A stretch of DNA of 60,961 bases from Nemertoderma westbladi (taxonomy: Eukaryota > Animalia > Xenacoelomorpha): contig JAUCBJ010002088.1 of NCBI GenBank assembly GCA_032718475.1, positions 1 to 60,961 of the forward strand, read 5' to 3'. Shown here one piece after another: positions 1 to 11,826 of the stretch; the first letter of the stretch is position 1; every line of letters starts with the position of its first letter. The notes below the pieces were generated by a model. The model had not been told where the DNA came from. It saw nothing but the letters and a program-made list of their open reading frames with translations, and made no database searches. Made by a program: the position numbers and the translations under genes.

Positions 1-799
1 TAGTTGGTGGCCACGTTGTCAGCATATACAGTATACAGTGGTTGGTTGGTTGGTTGCGTGAATAGGAAATAACTATGGAAATGTTCGTATTCGTGTAGCC
101 GGAAACGTGGCGGATTGGTAGGTTGCTCGGTTGAATGGATTGGTGACAGCCGTGGTAGAGTTGGCGATCGAATCGATATAATAGGGTAGTGTGGGGCTAG
201 CCACACGATGAGAGGTTTGGGTACGTGAAGATGAATATGCTATGGTTGGTTGATGCAACGACACGAACCAATACGCGCGGGTGGTAACAGCTGTAGGAGT
301 AAGGAGGGCATCGTGAGGTTAGGCTACGCGTAGGTGATAGGCAGCGATTGGTTGAATGCAACGACGCGAATCAATATTGATGGTGACAGATGGTCATTAA
401 ACACCTCGATTTAGCACCGGAATTTGGCATTTTTTAATTGCCTCCGAGATGTGGCCCGTAGCCCAGGCTAGGGAGGAGTGAGTGGAGGGCTATGCTTCTC
501 CTACTACTTATATATATATATAATATATATTAAGTCCATTCAAAACAAGGTTTTTCTATGGTTCCAATTCCTTTTCTTTTGTTTTCACTTTCGATGCCTT
601 TTCTTCTTCTCTCCACCTTCATTACAACTGTGAAATAAATTATATATTATGTTATATACTGTTATATACTTACTATATTAACATGTTAAATATATTAACA
701 AAATTAACGAACAAATATGGCAAATGCAAATCAAACATTAAATGTCAATCATTATCTAATACATAAACCTTTCACATCATAAACTCTCATTTTTTACAG

Positions 800-1070
800 G
801 ATGGTAACAGTGCTCATATGATTGTTAGAGTTGGTAACGGTGACTATAAGGTTGTTAGAGTTCGTAATGGTGCTGATAATGTTGTTCGAATTGGTAATAG
901 TGCTGGTAAGGTTGTTAGAGTTTGTAACAGTGCTGGTAATCTTGTTAGATCTGGCAACAATGTCGGTATGGTTGTTAGAGTTTGTAATGGTACTGGTAAT
1001 ATTGTTTTTGTTGTTAATGGTGCTGATAATGTTGTTCGAGTTGGTAACGGTGCTGGTAAGGTTGTTAGAC
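800..1070. repeat. 30-bp minisatellite, about 9 degenerate copies
   Basis: Unit approximately GGTAACAGTGCTGGTAAGGTTGTTAGAGTT; explains the overlapping repetitive ORFs on both strands. Confidence 0.85.
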
Positions 1071-1121
1071 ACCAATGTTGGAATATTGTTGTTCTAAACC
1101 GTCCCAAAACATAAAATTAAT

Positions 1122-1203
1122 GGGACCGAATTGTCCGGGACCGAATTGTCCGGGACCGAATTGTCCGGACCGAATTGTCCGGGACCGAATTGTCCTGCTT
1201 CCC
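1122..1203. repeat. 15-bp tandem array (GGGACCGAATTGTCC x5), possibly one end of a DNA transposon
   Basis: Five copies (one lacks a G) ending in TGCTTCCC. Such arrays occur in termini of some MuDR-type elements; no partner end seen in the window. Confidence 0.7.
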
Positions 1204-2306
1204 GATAAGGCTATGTCCTTGTACCAAAAGACTACCCAGGAATGTACCCAGGCTGCCATAAGAGACAAAGTTATTCTGTTGTTCTAAGTTTCTTCTGCTT
1301 TAGCAAAGAACTGGTTACTTGATAGGCAGAAGAAGCACAGCCTGGCGTCTAATTATGGAACTGAGAATAAAGATTCCACTGACGTAGATCAAGGACTTGG
1401 GGGAACTCCTTGTCCGGGGGACATCAAGAGCTGCTACAACAGCCTTTCATCGTGAACCACCTGTCCCTGAGGTAAATATCGCCCCAGCTGTACTCACAGA
1501 GGGCATTGAAGAATTACCAACGACACCACCACATCTTCACCAGGCTCAGAAAGACAGAGTATTTTAGTGGCAAGATTGATTCATGAAATTGATAGAATTT
1601 GGTTTGGGGCCAGATGTATCTTTAAAGGGAAGCGGCGGTGCCTAGTTTACCACTGATATTTTACCGCCGAACATGGAGCACCAGATGGGCAACTACATCG
1701 GAACATCGCTGTGGGGAACGAAGCTAGCAGTATTTGGTGTCCCTACGCAGATGACCTATCGATTCTCTCTCTTTATGAACATCAAAAGAGAGAGCGCATG
1801 TCACAGTGTAAGAAACGCTATAGCGCAAAAAATTAAAGGAATAGATACTAACGCTACAATGTACATAACTATATACAGTGTTTGATCCCATAACTTTACA
1901 GTGTTGTGGCTTAATTTACACGCACTACCAATGTTCGTTCGGCCAAAGCCGGAGGCAACCCGAAGGCTCCTCTTTCGATAATCGGCATGCTGCATTGCAG
2001 CTGCATTTTAAGAATGCTGTGCCGGCTTGTCAACAAAATTGCACCGCCACAACTCCCTATCACCCTTGACATTTGCTAGATCATCCGCATCTTTAAGGCC
2101 AGTGTAACAACAGCCAATGACGAGGCAGAGAGATCAGCCACTTAGAATTGTCACGTTTTGATCTTGATTTATGTTATAAAAAAATGTAACTCAATGGGGT
2201 GCTACCACTATTATTATCCACTTTACTCTGATGATACTTCCTTCAATTAATTAAAGATACCTCATGCCAAACATTTAATAAACTAAAGAAGTCTTCCAAG
2301 ATTTCC

Positions 2307-2636
2307 TTGATATCCCAATCTAATATTTCTTGCAAGGATCTTCACAAACTCACCATTTTGATGGTGAGAGATTCCCATGTAAGGAGGTTATTGTCTTTTA
2401 TGAAGGTAGAGAGGATTGATTTTGGTTTAGATGATGGAACATACCAGGTAAAAGTAATATTTGAACCAACTTGCTACACAACTGGAGATTTCAACAAATT
2501 CATTCAATATTTGGAACACAATCCATATGTAACTATTGTTTCTCTTGGGGGTAATTTACGCCATAAGCCAACTAAAGACTGCTTAGAAATGGTGAAGACA
2601 TCAATTACCCTATTGAGGAGATCATTCTATTTTTAA
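2307..2636 (+). pseudogene. Possible SGNH/GDSL hydrolase remnant
   Basis: ILMVRDSHVRRL resembles block I (GDS) and VSLGGNL resembles block III; no block V seen. The copy at 6597 is cut by the BEL insertion. Confidence 0.35.
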
Positions 2637-3223
2637 AAAATACGAATTTTAGTAATATAGGAATACTTTTGAAATAGTAGAATTTCCTATATTTATTTCA
2701 TTAGACTAGTAGGCCTAATATGGCCTTTACCTGAACTTGACTGATTTTAAATTATTTTGCATTCATTATCAATAGGTCTGGGCCTGTTCTACAGGAACCT
2801 ATTGTTCACCTAGCCAATCCCAGCCGTTCTGTTGCCACTGATGGGCACACCAGCTACCGTGGCATTGGCAAGACCTGCACCTGCATCACGACATTGTAAA
2901 CCACTCAAACAAGAAAGGCCCTAGGTGGTAGACAATGGTCTACATGATAACGAAGCTGGAGGTTTAAATGATTTAAAATGTGTGCAACCCCATGTTGACA
3001 TACAGTATAACTCAACATGGGATTCAGTGGATGCTTAATCCTTCACGCATGCCATACCAAAAACTATGGTCCTGTTTGAAATGTTAAGGTGGACCTTTCT
3101 AAATAAATAAAAACCATGTAAAGTTAGATCATTATCTCTAAAAAACATTAAGTGAAGTTTTTCAAAGTTTTTCAAAGTTTTTTTTTTTAAAGTAAATCTT
3201 ACTAAATTTGTCTTTTTGGTACT

Positions 3224-3484
3224 ATGGAGTACTTTATTTGCCCCTATGATGCCACGCATAGGATTCATTCGGAGAAATACGTCAAACATCTAAGAAAATG
3301 CCGCAAGAACTTTCCTGGCCAAAAAATGGTACAGTGTCCCTTTGAAGTTGCACATAGCTTCAGAGAAGCCGAAAGGGAACATCATCTAACATTTTGTGAA
3401 TATAGAAATAGGAGCTCCATTTTTGAGAAATCAAAAGAAGAGAAAAAAGTGGAGAAGAAAGGAGAAGATGAAGGATTGGTGTGA
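3224..3484 (+). CDS. GTSF1/Asterix-like protein with two U11-48K-type CHHC zinc fingers, 86 aa, intronless
   Basis: CPYDATH-x9-HLRKC and CPFEVAH-x9-HLTFC match the C-P-Y/F-x3-H-x9-H-x3-C tandem at the GTSF1 N-terminus. Confidence 0.85.
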   Translation: MEYFICPYDATHRIHSEKYVKHLRKCRKNFPGQKMVQCPFEVAHSFREAEREHHLTFCEYRNRSSIFEKSKEEKKVEKKGEDEGLV

Positions 3485-5402
3485 TGATGCGATTCTCCGC
3501 ACCCGACCTGTTACCATTGCGATTTAATTATGAGAGTAGTATAAATTGTTATGTAATTATTATTGGTGTATAAATTGTATGTACTTGGCGATTAATAATT
3601 GGTGCAGACATGTATATTGTATTATTGTTCCTATTGTATTGTATATTTCATCTGCTGTAGTACAATCTATTCATCTCACGTCCCTATCTGATTGATTTAT
3701 GTCAAATTAAATTGCCTTTGGCAACATTATTTGATACAAATCGATTGATTAAACAATTAATTAATTGTTTAATCGACCAATTAATTAATTGTTTAATTAA
3801 TTAATGACCTACTTAACACCCAAGGTGCGAAGTGGGACCAACTGTCGCTGAAGTAGGGTAAACTATTACTACTGTTGGCATTGGTGGCGCCATCAGTGAT
3901 GGCGCCGGCGGTGGGGGGGGGGGGGGGGGGGGGATTGTGACAGTGGTGCCAGCGCCACCGGTAGGAGTGGCGGGTACCGCGGAATCTTTTCCTGCGCGGA
4001 CTGCAGGGGGGCATATGGTTGGATTTTTGGGATTATGGGTTTTTGAATTTTTGTATGTGTGTTTAGTAGACAAAATTTTTAGAACGTGTAGATAATTTTG
4101 ATGTAGCATAATAAAAAATCAGGGCTGACCAGTGACCATGCCAAAACACAAGTTACGTGACAACAGTAATCGTATGATAAAACTTTCATAATGTTTTTAA
4201 TATTGTACGTTTCATAGAATGGCTGCTCATAGGCAGATCGTCGATCTGCGCACTCTAACTCAGCGGAGGACGTTGATGGAGGGAAGGTTCCTCGAAACAA
4301 GGATCATGCACATAGTAACACCGGCGAAGAGATTTAACACTAAAACCACCAATGAGGGAGGATATTCCAAAAAGCCAAATTTGGGATATAATACGATGAT
4401 ATATTTAATGTAAGTATTTCATTCCATATAATAATTGTTATTGATTTAAATGTAAGTAAACTAACAGGACGTCCTACAGACAATTTTAGGAAATTATGCT
4501 TGAGTCGGATTTCAAAATGCTCTTATCGGTAAATGTTTTTAATTAAAAGTAGGACTGTGCTTTTTTTCCGGGTGTATATACTAAATTACGTTCATTTGTG
4601 TGAGTTCAGTATGTTTTGGTGACAAAATATTTTATATGTTTTCATTTATGAACAAAATTGTATTTTATACTATATAGCGCATTGAATGATTCAATCAACA
4701 CAACGCAGTTAGAGGTAAGTTCAATGGATACAACGCGGTCAGAGGTAGGTTAGAGATTGAGAATTAGAAAAAAATTAGAGATTGAGATTATTTATTGAGG
4801 ACATTTTGACAATGGAATTATAATAATCGAACACACTTTGAAGCCACTACTTCATACATCATACCAAAAGTGCCCCTTGAAGCCCAGCGGTCTTTACTAC
4901 ACTGCCTTCCCTTAGTGCGATACGCGCGATGTTCTCAAGATGGCGCATAATACGGTATAGCTATACCGTTTACATATATAATATATTATTTCATTAATTT
5001 TATTGGGATACTAGTGCGATAGTTGACAGGTAGAGTGTGTTGGTCAACCAGTTTCATGGAATTTTCTACCGTTCGTTTAATTATGTTCTTGCTACCGTAG
5101 CTGAAATTAGTTTGCTATATTTTTTATTTACAGTAATTTAATTTTTATTAACTTTTATCTTTAGAAAAATTGTAGGATATTTCTTTTATATTTTTATCTA
5201 TTCTGCAGTGGTTACATACAGACATATCATGTGTCAGCTAGAATATATTAATTTGCATTTATTAATTGCTTTGTCTAGTACCTCCGTTAACTTAAATTTA
5301 ATAGTACAGTGATAATAAATATAGTTGTGGTTGTATTGGGAATGTCTAGCATTCGGTTCAGTTAATAATTTGTTTTAGAAGTGTGCTTGTCTCTGTCAAC
5401 AC

Positions 5403-5556
5403 CTGAGTTACATGTAGTAACTATAGACTACTGTATGGCCCTTCGCGTAGTACACACTTATATGTAATAACTGTAGACACTGTTTGGTCCTTCTCGCAGC
5501 ACGTGAGTTACATGTAGAACTGTAGACTACTCTATGGCCCTTCGCGCAGGACGTGA
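5403..5556. repeat. Degenerate ~50-bp tandem repeat, 3 copies
   Basis: Recurrent ATGTA..AACT.TAGAC..CTGT.TGG.CCTTC.CGCAG.AC. Confidence 0.55.
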
Positions 5557-5834
5557 TTCAGGCTGTTGATTTTTCTGTACTTATATAGGCCGAGATTTAT
5601 CAATTATTAACTGTATTACTTATTAACTGTATCACTTCGTATACTTCGTATTTAATTGTATTTGCTGAGTTAATGATGGAAAATTCGATAGGCCTATGCA
5701 ATCCCTACTATCCCTACCCATACCAGTATCTGTACCCGTTCCCGTTCCCGTACCCATACCTGTACCCGTCTCCTTCATACCCACCTTCATACCCACCTCA
5801 ATCGTTCCTGTCTCCTTCGTACCCGCATCCCCCC

Positions 5835-6904
5835 CTCAGAAAGACAGAGTATTTTAGTGGCAAGATTGATTCATGAAATTGATAGAATTTGGTTTGGGGC
5901 CAGATGTATCTTTAAAGGGAAGCGGCGGTGCCTAGTTTACCACTGATATTTTACCGCCGAACATGGAGCACGAGATGGGCAAGTACATCGGAACATCGCT
6001 GTGGGGAACGAAGCTAGCAGTATTTGGTGTCCCTACGCAGATGACCTATCGATTCTCTCTCTTTATGAACATCAAAAGAGAGAGCGCATGTCACAGCGTA
6101 AGAAACGCTATAGCGCAAAAAATTAAAGGAATAGATACTAACGCTACAATGTACATAACTATATACAGTGTTTGATCCCATAACTTTACAGTGTTGTGGC
6201 TTAATTTACACGCACTACCAATGTTCGTTCGGCCAAAGCCGGAGGCGACCCGAAGGCTCCTCTTTCGATAATCGGCATGCTGCATTGCAGCTGCATTTTA
6301 AGAATGCTGTGCCGGCTTGTCAACAAAATTGCACCGCCACAACTCCCTATCACCCTTGACATTTGCTAGATCATCTGCATCTTTAAGGCCAGTGTAACAA
6401 CAGCCAATGACGAGGCAGAGAGATCAGCCACTTAGAATTGTCACGTTTTGATCTTGATTTATGTTATAAAAAAATGTAACTCAATGGGGTGCTACCACTA
6501 TTATTATCCACTTTACTCTGATGATACTTCCTTCAATTAATTAAAGATACCTCATGCCAAACATTTAATAAACTAAAGAAGTCTTCCAAGATTTCCTTGA
6601 TATCCCAATCTAATATTTCTTGCAAGGATCTTCACAAACTCACCATTTTGATGGTGAGAGATTCCCATGTAAGGAGGTTATTGTCTTTTATGAAGGTAGA
6701 GAGGATTGATTTTGGTTTAGATGATGGAACATACCAGGTAAAAGTAATATTTGAACCAACTTGCTACACAACTGGAGATTTCAACAAATTCATTCAATAT
6801 TTGGAACACAATCCATATGTAACTATTGTTTCTCTTGGGGGTAATTTACGCCATAAGCCAACTAAAGACTGCTTAGAAATGGTGAAGACATCAATTACCC
6901 TATT
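5835..6904 (+). repeat. Local duplication, copy B, left part
   Basis: Matches 1545-2614; ends at the CTATT target-site duplication. Confidence 0.95.
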
Positions 6905-7445
6905 TGTTAGCTTATTCAATCCCGCCAACACCCCATAAAGTTATAAGCCGATAAGCAATATTGGGAGCCACGAGATTGGGCAATTAACCAACTCGTGCCA
7001 TCCCAATAAGAGTGGGAAGGAAGCACACAATAGAGGGTCAGGGGCCAAACCCCTAACCCAGAGAGAACAGGTGGAGTGAACGGGAATACTCCACGGGGCG
7101 CCAACAAGGGTACTAACCAATCAGAGGGGGGAAAGGCATCGATTGAGTAGCAGTAAGGCCACCGTGCAATATAACCAATAACCTATTAATCAGTGATTCA
7201 GTTATCTCAGTGTAGCAGTGCTAGCGTAGGTTAGTAGTCAATTAGTTTAGTTAGGGGATCACGGGACTTTAGTTACCGTATCCCGCCTTGTACACATTAT
7301 ATCTATATCTATATCCTATGCCCTATTATTATTATACACCGAACTTCAGAACTCAGTTACTTTATTTCACCCTTATACACGGCGGGGACGCGTGGACTAA
7401 ATTACCACATCGGATAAATCGGGATCCCTCCTGGATCCCGTCACA
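6905..7445 (+). repeat. 5' LTR (541 bp)
   Basis: TGTTAG...GTCACA. By eye only one substitution versus the 3' LTR (CTAGCGTAGG vs CTAGTGTAGG). CCAAT ~7117, TATAA ~7170, initiator-like TCAGTT ~7198. Confidence 0.97.
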
Positions 7446-7525
7446 GTAACTAAATCCGAGCTGCCGCCCCAGTTAAACTCTAAGAACTACACTGCTAGCT
7501 AGCCGAACTCCACCGACCAGACGAG

Positions 7526-10500
7526 ATGAGTGAATCGGGCGAGACACCGACGCGGACCCCGGACGAAGATCAAACGATCCGCGAGGCCGCGACCAACGGC
7601 GCGCCGATGTCGCCGGCCAGCTACCGGCCGAGGGCGACGAGCGGCCCACCGAAACGGCGACGGTGGGGCCGACGGTGCGACGCCGGACGCGAAGAGACGG
7701 AGGAGAGATCGGTACCGATGTCGCCGGCCAGCTACAGGCCGAGGGCGACGGACGGCCCACCGGAACGGCGACGGAGGAGCCGCCGGTACGACGTCGAACC
7801 CGGAGGGACGGAGGAAAAGTCGGCGAGGAGGACGTCGGGGTCTCTGAGCGACTTCGACGAGCCTACATCGCGGCCCGGAGGATGCTAAAGGATGCCAAAA
7901 AGGAAGGGGCGAAGGTAGACGAGGTGAGACTGAGAAAGCGACTAGGTGAGTCGGATAGACACTTTAATTATCTAATACGTTTTGGGCAGAGAGAACTAGC
8001 CGAAACGAGAGCACATGAGATTGCCGGGGAACTGTTTGAACTATGGGAATGTGGGAGTATGGAACCTAGCGTAGCGTCAGTGTACATAGGGCCATACTTG
8101 GTCGATGCCCGGGGAGTAAAACCGGCGGGTTGGAGGGGACTCGAAGGAGGCGAATCCGAGGTTAACCCCGAGGATTCGGCCTCGTCGGTCGGAGAAAGCT
8201 CCGGGAAGCGGGGGAAAGTTGGTAGGTCGGGAAGGCGGGGGAAGTCCGTCGTAACCGATAAGTCTGTTACATCCTCCGCGAAAGAAAGAGCGGTGAGGGA
8301 AATAGGTGCCGCATACCGTCTCAGCATGGCAGAGCAAGGTCATAGAGAAATGAAGGAACGGCTAGAGGAGGGGAGAGTGCGGTTAGAGAGGGAAACGGCA
8401 TTGCTTAAAGAAACCGGAGAGAGGGCCGAAAGGGCTTTGAAAAGCCTAAGGGAGTATGATGAGATAGAGGAAAGGGAGTGTAGGGAGCGTGAGGCGAGAG
8501 AGGAAAGGGAACGCAAGGAGCGTGAGGCGGAACGCAAGGAGCGTGAGGCAAGGGAGGAAAAGGAACGCAAGGAGCGCGAAGTGAGACGAAGGGAGAGCAT
8601 TAAGAGTGCTGCAGAGTCGGCCATCAGGGACACCCAGGAGCGTGAGAGGAGAATGGCAGAGACTGAAAAAGAGCGCAAGGAATTAGAGAGACGGCAGAGT
8701 GAGTTTGCGGGAGATAAGATTAGACGGGCGCACGAGCTGCAACTGGTGCGAGCGTCGCCGTCTGAAAGCGGGGCCGGCTCGAGTATTTTTAGGGAGCCGG
8801 GGGCCGTAGATACATTTATTAATACCCCACTGACAGGGACCGCACGACAGACTCAAGACTGGTGCGACCGTACGGGCGGGGGGGGGGTAATAATAATAAT
8901 GGTACAGTAGACGTTGTTAATATTGATAATACCGTATGGGACAACACTAATCAAACCTTTATTACAGGGAATGCTTTACATAGTGGTAGTAATTTAAATT
9001 TAAATCAGAACGCCCCTAGTATTAATGTAGGAAATAATTCTGATATTAATGTAGCTACGCAAAATAATTCAAATAATCAAAATAATAACCCAGATTCGAA
9101 TCTACAAAATAATTTAAATAACGCAATTACGCAAAATAATTCGAATAATTTAAATAATGACCTATGCCCGAATTTACAAAATAATTCAGATAACGTAGTC
9201 GTGCAGAATAATACAAATAATTTTGTTCCAAACGAGCAAAATAATTCCGTTTCCAATATGGGTGCTATTAATGTAAACACGTCGGGCCTACATAACCAGG
9301 GAGCAGAGGGCCTGGTAGGCCACGTAGTTAGTAGACAGGGAGCAGAGGACCTGGTAGGCCACGTAGTTAGTAGACAGGGAGCAGAGGGCCTGGTAGGCCA
9401 CGTAGTTGGTAGGCAGGGAGTAGAGGGCCTGGTAGGCCACGCAATAGCAGAGGGAGAGGCGGGGGTGAATGGACCCGACCGCAGTAGGGTTGATGTGTCG
9501 ACTAGAGAGGTATATAATAGCGGGGAGAGAGGTAGCGAAGTTAGATGTAGCGAGTGGGGGGGGGCTACGAGGACCCCACAACAGAGAGTTAGCGGCGAGA
9601 GGGGGGGGGGGGCAGGGAGTGTCCCACAGCCGTCAGCGGATAATGCAAGGGCCGAAATAGGTAAACCGCAACGACCGGCGACGGAAAGTAATAGAGGGAT
9701 CGCGAGTATCCCCAGCGGCGTGCGACCGAGCAGAGAGAGACAGGTTGACGTCGCGAGAGGGCGGACGAAGCGTCGGGCCCGATCAGAGGAGGGAAGAAGA
9801 ACAGTGGGGTTTAACCGGGAGGTCGACGAGAGATCTCGCGAGCGGGAATATTCCACTGATAGGAGAAGAAATGAAGACAGTAGTAGAAGTATCGCCGCGA
9901 ACGATAGAAGAACGAGGACGGATAGCGAGCCGTCGATAGTCGAGATGAGAACGGAGAGTCAGTGGGGTCGGACTCCGGGAGATTGCCGTCGCCCCGGAGG
10001 GACGCGACCCGGCGAGGCGCACTACGCGCCGAGAGAGGGGTACGCGATGTACCGGTACGAAGATGAGAGCAGTAGAGAGGGGGGTCGAAGGGAAACTTTC
10101 CGACGGGATATACCTACCGGTCGAGAATACGGTAGCCGCGGGGAGGATTATTCGAGAAGAATAAACTTCGATCCCGAGCAATACATGCAGACTGTAGGGC
10201 ATACTGTAGGTCTTACTGCACATACCGTAGGCCATACTGAGAGAGGCAATGTAGGCGATAGGATAGCGTGGACAACGGGATTAAACCCGGAAGTCGCGGA
10301 ATACATACCGGCGAGTAGGTCAGAAGCTGATAGGCCTATACCGGTACCAGCACAGCAGTATGACTACAGCATGCAGGGACATAACATATACCCAGGGGAG
10401 GGGGGAATTATTGCGGATAGGTGCATGGGCCCCAACATATTAACATCAACCCCATTACCAAACATACCGGTGGGGGGGGGGACAGGGTGACATTCCCCCA

Positions 10501-11826
10501 TCACAATGTCAACAATATACCCCGATGGTAGCAAGAATGGCGAGACCCCTGGACGAAAACAGATCGTGTGACACAGATATATGGAGGGGGCCGCTACCCC
10601 CAATGACATACCCAAGCCAGAGAAAGTCAAGAAGTAGGACAGACGGAACGCACCAGACAAGGGAAACTATACAGCACCCGTCGAATCCATTGGAAGCGCA
10701 GGCGATAGGGATGGCCACGTTGATCGATGCTTTGAAAACGAGGATCGAGTTACCACCCGTGGAACCATTCAAGTTCGACGGGAGTAGGCCGGAAGAATAT
10801 TTACAGTTTCGGCGAATGTATAGTAACGAAATACTAACAAAAAACTTGACGCAGGCGGAGTGCCTAAAGTATCTACAAGTATACACGGGAGGCCCAGCAT
10901 ACGACATCGTGAGGCAATATCAAGGAATAGAGGGCGGCTTCACGACAGCATGGCGGGCACTGGATAGGGAATACGGGCACCCGGCCAAGATCATCAGGCA
11001 GACGCTGAGAGGCATAACATCGGGTGGCCTACAGGACAACCCCGTTAGCATTAAGACGTTTGCTAACAAAGTCGAAAAGGCGCTAATCGTGCTGAAGACG
11101 CTAGACGCGCCGTACGAGCTCAACGCGTCCAATAACATCACCACGATAGCGCAGGCACTACCAAACTGGCTGCGCAACAAGTGGAGGAAGATCGCTTTCT
11201 CCACTCGAGACAAGAAGGGTGCGGAACCAGGTTTAGAAGAAATGTCAAACTTCTTAAATTACGAGGCTGAACTAATAACGGACCCAGTCTATAGTGAAGA
11301 TAGCCTGGGAAAGGGACCAAAGACGGATCACTACAGGCCGAAACCAGAGCACAATACATCAAACGCATTGCCGAGGCTCAGGCAATCATTGCCATACGCA
11401 GCGATGCAGGGGACTGCAAGTCCACAGGCAAACGAAGATAAGACAACATCATGGAACGGACAGGGGAACAATAACAACATGAATAAACATAACCCCAGTA
11501 CGTCCAGTAGGCCAAATCCAGTCAATAAGAATAGTAGGGACTTTGGTACGAATATAACTGCGATACGCAATGCATTGTATAAAGAGGGCTACGACCCAAA
11601 GAGCAAATGCCAGTTACACGCAAATGCGCTTCATAAAACCATGAACTGCAGGTACTGGCAGGCGCTACCGAGGCAAGACCAGATAGATTACGCGTCGAGC
11701 AATAAAATCTGCTCGCGATGTGTGAAGAGTGGACACAAGGCCAGGGAATGCCAAGAGAAGCCGGTCAAGTTTGGCCAAAGGAGAGGCCAAACGATGGCAA
11801 CGAGCACGGTAGGGGCGAAGAAGTGA
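7526..11826 (+). pseudogene. gag: BEL gag, very long, split by a 145-bp deletion and frame changes at G runs
   Basis: Pieces 7526, 7663-8910, 8862-10490, 10525-11826. Coiled coil, Asn-rich tract, 39-bp repeats, Pao gag core FDGSRPEEYLQF, Cys-His motifs CQLHANALHKTMNC and CSRCVKSGHKAREC. Frame changes at G runs near 8900 and 10475. Confidence 0.85.

Larger units (their letters stand above)
1545..3770 (+). repeat. Local duplication, copy A (2.2 kb, uninterrupted)
   Basis: Near-identical to 5835-6904 (offset 4290) joined to 20923-22095; contains the empty BEL site TTACC-CTATT-GAGG (CTATT at 2610-2614). Confidence 0.95.

Noticed and set aside
794-1287. Several 67-98 aa ORFs
   Set aside because: By-products of the 30-bp and 15-bp tandem repeats.
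3793-4109. Pro-rich ORF convergent with the GTSF1-like gene
   Set aside because: Depends on a 21-G homopolymer and has no recognisable domain.
5673-5876. Tyr/Pro-rich ORF
   Set aside because: Low-complexity TACCC repeats running into the duplication boundary.
8895-10485. Programmed frameshifts at G runs in gag
   Set aside because: Run lengths differ between copies; homopolymer slippage or sequencing error is the simpler explanation.
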